Below, one piece after another: positions 8,559 to 15,628 of a stretch of DNA of 64,000 nt. Source of the stretch: Alphaproteobacteria bacterium (GTDB lineage: Bacteria > Pseudomonadota > Alphaproteobacteria > MPNO01 > UBA830). Location of the stretch: NCBI GenBank assembly GCA_965243135.1, contig OZ251539.1, forward strand, positions 4,544,001 through 4,608,000, in the 5' to 3' direction. The notes beneath the pieces were generated by a model. The model saw only the letters and a list, made by a program, of their open reading frames with translations. It had not been told where the DNA came from and made no database searches. Every line of letters begins with the position of its first letter. Positions within the stretch are counted from its first letter, which is position 1. The translations under genes were made by a program, and so were the position numbers.

Positions 8559-10205
8559 ATGGCGGTCGAATCTGCACGCACGCTTTCCGGGACCGAGCTG
8601 TCGGGCGACGGCCAAGCTCTGGCTGCGGCATGCCGAGCGAATGCGGCTCTCTGCCAGGCGCTGGAAAGCGCACTCGATAAAGCGGAGAAGTTTCGCCGCG
8701 ACGCCGAGAGGTGGCAGGGAGCTTTCCACCGGGCGATGGCGCTGATTAGAATCCTGAAAAAGAGACGCGAGGCGCCGCCCCGAGAGACGGCAGAGAACGA
8801 GAGTCTGAAGTCCCGCAGCCGCAGGTTTGCCCGGGAGTTGTTCGGGCGCCGCAGCGAGCGGCAGCCTACGGCAACCGGTCGACGCCGGGGGCGCAGTCAG
8901 GGAACGCCGTCGCACGGCCGCACGCCGCACCCCGAGCTGCCCGTTCGCGAGGAGGAGTCGCTTCCGGACGAGCGCACGTGTCCGGACTGCGGCAAGGCCT
9001 GGGTCTCGAACGGTTGGAAGGACACGGATCTCATCGAGACCAGGACCGTCACCTATGTCCGGAGGATTCGACGGAAGCGGCTGCGCCCGACCTGTACCTG
9101 CCGACCGGAAAAGGAGGCCGTCGGCCCGGCTCCGGCGCGGCTGTTTCCGAACACTCGGTACGGAGTTTCCGTCTGGGCGTACGTCCTGGCGGAGAGGTAC
9201 GGCCTGCACCGTCCGTTGCGCTCGGTCTGCCGCGCGCTGGGTCAGCACGGGCTTGCCATTGCGCCCGGCACGTTGGCGGACGCTCAGCGGGGATTCCTGC
9301 GACTGTTCGAGCCGCTCGACGATGAGATCTCCCGGCGCCTGTCGGAGGCGCCGGTCGTTCACGGCGACGAAACAGGGTGGTGGATACGGGAGTTGGGCGA
9401 AGAAGACGGCGGCAACGCTCGCGCCTGGGCATGGATCGCCCGGTCGGCGGACGCGGTTCGCATCGTTATTCTGCCGTCGCGCAGCGCGGAAGCCGCCCTT
9501 GAACTGTTCAGGGGGCTCGGCTCGCCCGAACAGGCGGCTCACCTGGTCTGCGACCGCTACTCCGCCTACCGGAAGCTGGCGCGCGTCATGGAAGGGTGCA
9601 TCGTCCTTTCATATTGTTGGGTCCATGCCAGACGGGACTTCATCAACCTTGAGACCGGCTACCCGAACCTCGCGAAGTTCGCCCAAAAATGGCTTCGTCA
9701 CATTGCGGCATTGTACCGACTCAACGCCAGGCGTCTGGCGTGTCCGGGCAACGCCGCCGCCCAGCGGCGGCTCGCGAGATTCGCCGGAGCGTTCTTCGCG
9801 GCGGCGAAAAAGGCACGGGACGCGCTTCCGGAGAGCGCGGCGCAACGCGGCCCTCTGGACTCCCTGCTACGCCACCGCGACGGCCTGACAGTGTTCGTCG
9901 ACAACGCAGACGTTCCCATGGACAACAACCCCGCCGAACGCGGCCTGCGCGGCCTCGCGATCGGCCGGAAGCTCTCGTTCGGGTCGCATAGCGTGGACGG
10001 AGCGCAGTTGGCGGGCATGCTCTATTCCATCTTCGGCACGCTCGAGATGGCCGGCGTCTCGCCGTACCGCTGGCTACTCGGTTATCTCGATGCCTGCGCC
10101 CGGCATCGCGGTCCGCCGCCCGAAGGCCCTGCTGCCTGGCTGCCGTGGGGCGCAGGCGAGGAGCGTCTCCGCTCCTGGCGTCCCGCTCTCCCCCAAGGAC
10201 CGTGA
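8559..10205 (+). CDS. IS66-family DDE transposase (TnpC-like)
   Basis: Zn finger CPDCG...CTC; HGDETGW, LVCDRY, YCWVHARR, DNNPAERGLR...GRK; start uncertain. Confidence 0.93.
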   Translation: MAVESARTLSGTELSGDGQALAAACRANAALCQALESALDKAEKFRRDAERWQGAFHRAMALIRILKKRREAPPRETAENESLKSRSRRFARELFGRRSERQPTATGRRRGRSQGTPSHGRTPHPELPVREEESLPDERTCPDCGKAWVSNGWKDTDLIETRTVTYVRRIRRKRLRPTCTCRPEKEAVGPAPARLFPNTRYGVSVWAYVLAERYGLHRPLRSVCRALGQHGLAIAPGTLADAQRGFLRLFEPLDDEISRRLSEAPVVHGDETGWWIRELGEEDGGNARAWAWIARSADAVRIVILPSRSAEAALELFRGLGSPEQAAHLVCDRYSAYRKLARVMEGCIVLSYCWVHARRDFINLETGYPNLAKFAQKWLRHIAALYRLNARRLACPGNAAAQRRLARFAGAFFAAAKKARDALPESAAQRGPLDSLLRHRDGLTVFVDNADVPMDNNPAERGLRGLAIGRKLSFGSHSVDGAQLAGMLYSIFGTLEMAGVSPYRWLLGYLDACARHRGPPPEGPAAWLPWGAGEERLRSWRPALPQGP

Positions 10206-11074
10206 GCGGCAGCCCCCGCCGCTACTGCGGGCGCGACTTCTCCGAGGACGAGGTCGACATGATCCGCGGCCTGATCGCGAGGGGCGGCCTCCACCGCCGG
10301 GCGCTGTCGCGGGAGGTCTGCCGCCGCCTCGACTGGCGCAAGCCCGACGGCGGCCTAAAGGATATGAGCGCGCGCGTCGCCATGTTGCGCATGCATCGCG
10401 ACGGCGTGATCGTCTTGCCGCCGCCAAGGCGCGCGCCGGTCGTCCGCCGTCCGCTCGTGCCCGGTCCCGCGACCGACAGGCCCCCGTTCCCGACCCCCGA
10501 GCGTCTCGCCGATATCCAACCCGTCGCCGTTGAGCCCGTCCGGAACGCGGGCGAAGGCCGCCTCTGGAACGAGTTCGTCGCTCGCTACCACTATCTCGGC
10601 TATTCGACGCTGCCCGGCGCGCAGATGCGATACTTCGTTCGGGCCGCCGGAGGCGAACCCCTCGCCGTCCTCGGCTTCGGCGCCGCGGCCTGGAAGATCG
10701 CGCCGCGGGACAAGCTTGTCGGGTGGGATCCCGAGACCCGCCGCCGCAACCTGCCTCTCGTGGTCAACAATGCAAGGTTCCTGATCTTGCCGTGGGTCCG
10801 GATCAAAAACCTCGCGTCCTGCATCCTTGCCATGGTTGAATGTCGCCTGCCCGACGATTGGGAAGGCCGCTACGCGTTGCGCCCGGCCCTGATGGAGACC
10901 TTCTGCGAGAGCACGCGCTTCGAAGGAACCTGCTACCGGGCCGCCAACTGGACCAAGGTCGGCAAAACGCAGGGCCGCGGCAAGCTCGATACCCGGAAAG
11001 AACGCGCTCTCCCGGTCAAGGACATCTGGCTGAAACCCCTGCGCCGGGACTGGAGGCGGCTCCTCAATGAATAG
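10202..11074 (+). CDS. DUF4338 (Druantia DruA-like / Mom-related) protein
   Basis: RYHYLGY, LGFGAAAWK..RD...GW, VVNNARFLILPWV..NLAS, ETF, GTCYRAANW..VG.TQGRG; GTG start overlaps the transposase TGA. Confidence 0.9.
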   Translation: MSGSPRRYCGRDFSEDEVDMIRGLIARGGLHRRALSREVCRRLDWRKPDGGLKDMSARVAMLRMHRDGVIVLPPPRRAPVVRRPLVPGPATDRPPFPTPERLADIQPVAVEPVRNAGEGRLWNEFVARYHYLGYSTLPGAQMRYFVRAAGGEPLAVLGFGAAAWKIAPRDKLVGWDPETRRRNLPLVVNNARFLILPWVRIKNLASCILAMVECRLPDDWEGRYALRPALMETFCESTRFEGTCYRAANWTKVGKTQGRGKLDTRKERALPVKDIWLKPLRRDWRRLLNE

Positions 11075-11181
11075 GCCATCACCCCACGACCGAACGCTTA
11101 CTCCCCGGGGACTCCGTTGTCCGTCGAGAACTACGAAACCCGGTCTTGCGGCCGCCCGCTCGCCGCCAGCTTTCCCGGCGG

Positions 11182-11397
11182 TCACCCGCGGCGTTTGCTG
11201 GCCCGCCCGTCAGTCCGGCCCGGCGTCGACTCAACGCCCTCTTCCAGCAAATGGCGAATCCCCTTCACGGCCTGCCTGGCATCCTTGACGGCTTGCCGCC
11301 TGATCTCCTCTTCGCGTTCAGCTTCAGTCCGGGCCGGACGGCGAGGCGGTATCCATGCTTTGTCCTTCCGTGTCTTCTCCAGCTTGTAAATCATCAT
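11182..11397 (-). CDS. Small hypothetical protein (71 aa)
   Basis: Strong SD (GGGGAGGG) before MMIYKLEK; follows the pseudogene below. Confidence 0.4.
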   Translation of the reverse strand: MMIYKLEKTRKDKAWIPPRRPARTEAEREEEIRRQAVKDARQAVKGIRHLLEEGVESTPGRTDGRASKRRG

Positions 11398-11399
11398 TT

Positions 11400-11940
11400 T
11401 CCCTCCCCTTTGGTCGGCACCGTGGTCTGCAAATATAGTCTGGCTTCGACCTCTCGTCAAAGCACGGCTTCCTTTTTGTCCGCGCAAATCCATCTCCCTT
11501 GGAGATAACGGCGATATCGATCAGGCCTCCTACCGTTCCCTGCTCAAGGGATGCCATTCGCTTAACGGACATGAGATTTACGAGGGCCTCCACCATATTC
11601 GCGAGCTCATCCTTTGGCAAGCATGCGACAATATCCATTATCGGATCTATAAAACGACCTTGCCCGAAGTATTCCGCCGCAGGCTCAAACTGTTTTTCAA
11701 CCATCCTCTTGGCGGCTTTTCGAACACGTCTTCGGTTTATGAGAGTTGAAGGTTTATGGAAATCGAGAAGTTCCGTTCCGAATTAACAAAGAAATTCTAT
11801 AGTCGTCGAACTTATGCAATCGAGATATTCTGGATCAACTCCTTTCATGAACCTGCGAACCATCTCTGCTTGAGCAAAGGGCAGCAGCAAAGGTTCCATC
11901 CAGATTTATTTCCGTGCCTTTACGAATGTCGTACATCTCC
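11400..11940 (-). pseudogene. C-terminal remnant of a conserved hypothetical protein with proteasome-beta/Ntn-hydrolase-like motifs
   Basis: PFAQAEMVRRFMKGVDP, LPKDELANMVEALVNL, TVGGLIDIAVISKGDGF; internal TAA; AT-rich. Confidence 0.75.
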
Positions 11941-11949
11941 GTGACAAGG

Positions 11950-12204
11950 CGACAGGATCGACGATACCGCGAGCTTGCACTCTTCCGCAAGAACAGGGGC
12001 GCGCTACGCAAGCCTCAAGGCCAAGGGTTATCCGGTCGGGCGTCGTGGAGGCCGCCAAACAAGGCGCTGGTCAACCAGCGCATGAAACGGGCGGGCGAGC
12101 GCTGGCGCGTCGAAGGATGTCAGGACCTCCTCACCCTCAGAGCACTGGTCGGACCGTCTGGCATGGCGACTGGGGCTGCGAACCAGATGTCGAACGTCGC
12201 CTGA
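11950..12204 (+). pseudogene. ISKra4/ISLre2-type transposase C-terminal remnant
   Basis: Frameshifted RYASLKAKGYPVG..VVEAA.KALVNQRMKRAGERWRVEG.QDLLTLRAL. Confidence 0.8.
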
Positions 12205-12549
12205 CGGCGGAAATCCCGATTCCACAAATAAAAACAAGGAGTTCGGCAAAAATAAATTCGCGCTCCCGGCCGGTAAGCGTTCGGTCGCGGGGTGACCTGC
12301 CTGTTCCGCCTCCAGACGGGCCCACGCTGGTTGCATGTTTCCTCAGGCTTTCCGCCCATGGCCGAACCCTGGAGGTTCGACGGGTCCGCCTCGCTCGACC
12401 GGACGACGCTCCCGTTCGACGGAACCGCAGCCTGGAGTTCAGGCGTTTCGCCGCTTGCGGGTCTTCCTGCGGGCCGCCCCTGCTGCCGCCCCGAGGACGG
12501 GCGATGAACGCCACCGCCCCGTTCCCGCCCTGGCGCAAGCGTCTCTCTC

Positions 12550-12578
12550 TTGACGTTCGCATCGGCGCCGCGGATACT
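12550..12578 (+). promoter_or_regulatory. sigma70 promoter inside the cassette
   Basis: TTGACG-17bp-GATACT, followed by SD AAAGGA and ATG 12605. Confidence 0.7.
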
Positions 12579-12604
12579 GTCTCCCTTCTCTGGAAAGGAC
12601 GCTC

Positions 12605-13030
12605 ATGAGTGCCTTCGCGATCGCTAACCTCGCCGTCGCTTCCGTCAACGCGCTCGCGGCCGCCGTCGCGGCCGTCGGCATCTGGTACGGCATCCGCGCG
12701 ATGGTCCGCGCCAGCGACGAACGCGGGCAACAACAGCGCGCGGCTACGCAGCAGCAGAGCGAAGCCGAAGAACGCCGCCACGAGGAGAGCATGACGGCGC
12801 TCAAGGCGCTGATAGCCGGCCGACGGACGACGGGGCGGGAACGAAGGGCGCCTGACGCCCTTCCCCGCCGGCGAGACCTCGAAGTCGAGCGACTGTCGCG
12901 GTCGCGCGGGGCGCAAGTACCGGCGCCGTCGGTCGCAGCAAAAATCGAGAGGCGAAGGATCCCGTTTCCGGTCCCTGGACGAAATTTTTTCGTCCCCCGG
13001 GTAGCGAACGCTTACCCCGGCCGGAGTTGA
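12605..13030 (+). CDS. Small membrane-anchored coiled-coil hypothetical protein (cassette cargo)
   Basis: Hydrophobic N-terminal helix to GIWYGI, then Q/E-rich helix EERRHEESMTALKALI; the tail runs through the cassette end and may be read-through. Confidence 0.65.
   Translation: MSAFAIANLAVASVNALAAAVAAVGIWYGIRAMVRASDERGQQQRAATQQQSEAEERRHEESMTALKALIAGRRTTGRERRAPDALPRRRDLEVERLSRSRGAQVPAPSVAAKIERRRIPFPVPGRNFFVPRVANAYPGRS
12977..12995. terminator. Hairpin near the cassette right end
   Basis: GGACGAAA-TTT-TTTCGTCC perfect 8-bp stem. Confidence 0.4.
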
Positions 13031-13055
13031 CGCAAGGATTCGCTGCGCCTACGTT
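13027..13055 (+). promoter_or_regulatory. Putative sigma70 promoter of the nuclease gene
   Basis: TTGACG-17bp-TACGTT; SD GAGGA before ATG 13097. Confidence 0.6.
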
Positions 13056-13096
13056 CGAAATGACTGTCGCTTCGACATGAGGACGCGAGGAGGAAG

Positions 13097-14341
13097 ATGA
13101 GCGACGAGCGGGCGCGGCTGGCGGAATTGCTGTTGAAAGACGCGGCCATTCTGTACGAGAGGCATGGAGCGGGCCGCCCGGAGCCTTTCAACGTGTTTAC
13201 CGTCCTGCGCAGAGAGAGTGACGAAGTCAACCTTCATTCCCGGTTTCTCCACGCTCTGCTCAACCATCGGAAGCCCGGCGGCGAGGAAGGGGCGGCGAAT
13301 CTGCGTGATTTCAGGGAACAATTCGCTCCCGAACCTCTGCGCGACTTTGCGCTCGATGGCGCGAAAGTCGAGCGCGAACGCGACTACATCGACATTCTGA
13401 TCACGAACGATCGCGGACAGGCTCTGGCGATCGAGAATAAAATCTACGCTGGAGATCAGGATCGACAGCTGAAAGGGTACCGTGAAAAATTGGTGAAGCA
13501 AGGATATAAAAAAGAGGACATACACTTATTGTACTTGGCGATCGACGGTCGCAACCCTTCCGAAGCCAGCGTCGATGGTCTTAGTGAAGAAGAATATACT
13601 TCGATCTCTTACGAGGCTATTCTCCCTTGGCTTGAGCGTTGCCGAAAACGAGCCTATGATGAACCCGAACTGCGGGAGTCCATTGCACAGTATTCGCGCT
13701 TGATAAGGAGGATGACAGGTAATGACGGAAGGAGCGAACTTATGAAGGATTTGAAGGAACTTTGCTTGCGGGACGACAACCTTCTTGTCGCTCACCATTT
13801 GGCGGAAGCCCTGATTCATGCCAAGGCTTCTCTGATGCACGATATGTGGGAGAGGATAAAGAGCATCCTCGAAGAGAATTCTTTTGATAATCCTGTGGAT
13901 TTTGCCGGTAACAAGAAAAAAAGACCGTCGGATATTTCCGAAAGCAGAATCATTAACGTCTTAAACCCAAAACCCACAGAGCTTGCGGCATTTGGCCTGT
14001 ATTATTCGTTTGGCCAAGAACTTGCCCGTCTGGGCGTCCAAGCTGATCTTGTCGACGGTTTCGTTGTTGGCGTCCTCTGCGATAAAAACGGAAGCGAGGA
14101 AAAATATAATATGATCGAAAGAAGGCTTAAGAGCCTTGAGAGTAAAATCGGCAAAGGAAAAACGTCAGATGTCTGGCCTTGGTGGTGCGTTTTGAAACCC
14201 GATGGAACAGGTTTTCAACCGGGTGACATAGAGATTCTAGCGGACGAGAATAAAAGAAACAAGTTGGCCGACTCCATCGCGAACTCCGCCGTCAAGAAGT
14301 TGAGCGCCATTCGCGACGAATTCGCTACCGCGGATTCTTGA
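13097..14341 (+). CDS. PD-(D/E)XK nuclease superfamily protein (PDDEXK_4-like)
   Basis: FNVF..L...DEVNLHSRFL, ERE..YIDILI, AIENKIYAGDQ..QL..Y; AT-richer than the core genes. Confidence 0.88.
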   Translation: MSDERARLAELLLKDAAILYERHGAGRPEPFNVFTVLRRESDEVNLHSRFLHALLNHRKPGGEEGAANLRDFREQFAPEPLRDFALDGAKVERERDYIDILITNDRGQALAIENKIYAGDQDRQLKGYREKLVKQGYKKEDIHLLYLAIDGRNPSEASVDGLSEEEYTSISYEAILPWLERCRKRAYDEPELRESIAQYSRLIRRMTGNDGRSELMKDLKELCLRDDNLLVAHHLAEALIHAKASLMHDMWERIKSILEENSFDNPVDFAGNKKKRPSDISESRIINVLNPKPTELAAFGLYYSFGQELARLGVQADLVDGFVVGVLCDKNGSEEKYNMIERRLKSLESKIGKGKTSDVWPWWCVLKPDGTGFQPGDIEILADENKRNKLADSIANSAVKKLSAIRDEFATADS

Positions 14342-14349
14342 GAGTCGTC

Positions 14350-14620
14350 CACGGAGGGAGCTGTTTCCGCCCGTACGGAGTCTACCGGCCAACGCTGTCG
14401 GCGACCTGCTTACTGGCAGCCGCCGCAGTCCGGAATGGCATCAGGTGCACCGCGCGATCGAGCATGGGAAGGCTTGGAGCACGTGTCGGCAGCAAGGGCC
14501 TGCACGGGCGTTTCCAATGGAAGTTCGCGGCTTCGCCGACACGTTCATCGACTTGCAGAAAGCACGCCAGCAGGCCGACTATCCGCTTGAAGGCGAGTAT
14601 TCCAACCGGCCCCGTGTCAA
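14350..14620 (+). pseudogene. HEPN-domain protein remnant
   Basis: WHQVHRAIEHG...FP.EVRGFADTFIDLQKARQQADY resembles the HEPN R-x-x-ADY motif; no intact start. Confidence 0.6.
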
Positions 14621-14641
14621 AATCCGTGCCCGGAACGGCGT

Positions 14642-14842
14642 TTTGCTGTGTAACTACCCCCGAGCTGCCGGCCACACAAAACCGTTCCACGAGATTTTTT
14701 CGCGGCGGCGCTCGCCGCTCGAGAGGAGCGTGACGCTGAGGGCTGCCCCGTATAGCCCTGTCTTCGCGCCGCGACGCCCGGACGCGGAACGGTTATGTCG
14801 GCGAGCGGCGCGAGGCCGGGAGAACCACCCCCAAAGTTACAT
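14642..14842. repeat. ~200-bp degenerate repeat, copy 1 (MITE/IS-end-like)
   Basis: TTTGCTGTGTAACTACCCCCGAGCTGCCGGCC...AGATTTTTTCGCGGCGGCGCT...GCGGCGCGAGG...GTTACAT, collinear with 15188-15391. Confidence 0.7.
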
Positions 14843-14869
14843 GCTACGGGGCGAGCGGGCGCCGATCAT

Positions 14870-15192
14870 GAGCGTTTGTCACGATATCGCTGATTTCGTC
14901 CTTGAAACGTCGCAGTCCGTACAACTGTCGAAATCAATAGTTGTTTCTGGCTTGGGAATATCAAGCCTGCGCCCATCTGAAGCGACTCTTTATGTTCCGT
15001 CTATATTTTTGAATTCCGAACATAATTGAGAAAATCCTTTAGGCAATCTCTGACCATTGGTTTCGATTTTTTACCGATAGAGGGTCTGTATTTCTTGATG
15101 ATCGTCTCCTATGGTACTCCCATGAATTCTCCATTGTCGTAAATCATGATGCCGACAGGTTGATGTCTACCAAGCTCGAACAGCTTGTTTGT
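14870..15192 (-). pseudogene. N-terminal remnant of the same Ntn-hydrolase-like hypothetical family as 11400-11940
   Basis: NKLFELGRHQPVGIMIYDNGEFMGVP*ETIIKKYR...DFLNYV; in-frame stops; AT-rich. Confidence 0.7.
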
Positions 15193-15391
15193 TGTGTAAT
15201 TAGCCCCGAGCTGCCGGCCGCATAAATCCGTTCCGCGAATCGAAGATTTTTTCGCGGCGGCGCTTGCCCTCGTCGGCGCAACCGCATAACGCAAGGGAGG
15301 CGGAGTCTATGCGGATTTCCCGCTCATGATCTCCCGCTGCAATCTCGCGCGGCGCGAGGGATATTTTTCGGCGGCTCGGCATTGTTGACAT
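15188..15391. repeat. ~200-bp degenerate repeat, copy 2
   Basis: TTTGTTGTGTAATTAGCCCCGAGCTGCCGGCC...AGATTTTTTCGCGGCGGCGCT...GCGGCGCGAGG...GTTGACAT. Confidence 0.7.
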
Positions 15392-15628
15392 CTTCGTCCT
15401 TCATAGTCGGCGCGACTATCATGGATCCTCTGTCGATCCGGCGGGAACCGGGCCGTCCCCAACGTTCCGCAAGGATGAACCGCGATCCGGTTTCCTGTAG
15501 AATGCGCAAAACGCTGTTTGAGGGATCTGCCCTGCCATGCTGAACGTGCACATGCGCTGCGGTCGCCTCGCTTCCGCAACGCGCAGCGGCCAAGGGGTCT
15601 GCAATCCGTGACCGCGCCTCGCGGGCGC

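Larger units (their letters stand above)
8308..11101 (+). mobile_element. IS66-family element (no tnpA/tnpB, ISBst12-like) carrying a DUF4338 gene
   Basis: Termini GTAAGCGTTCGGTCGTGGGGTG (8308) and CACCCCACGACCGAACGCTTAC (11101); perfect 8-bp direct repeat TCCCCGGG at 8300-8307 and 11102-11109; further internal terminus GTAAGCGTTCGGT at 8472. Confidence 0.93.
12273..13015. mobile_element. Non-autonomous IS66-type cassette (743 bp) with a passenger gene
   Basis: Ends GTAAGCGTTCG...CGAACGCTTAC; perfect 8-bp direct repeat CCCGGCCG at 12265-12272 and 13016-13023; no transposase. Confidence 0.92.

Noticed and set aside
10202-11074. Druantia defence system
   Set aside because: Only a DruA-like gene, located inside an IS; no DruE helicase or other dru genes in the window
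8472-11101. IS boundaries at the inner left end
   Set aside because: Flanks CCCGGAGA and TCCCCGGG are not a duplication; the TSD fits 8308-11101
14648-14842. Integron attC site (GTGTAAC...GTTACAT)
   Set aside because: About 195 bp is too long, no convincing L boxes or full hairpin, no integrase
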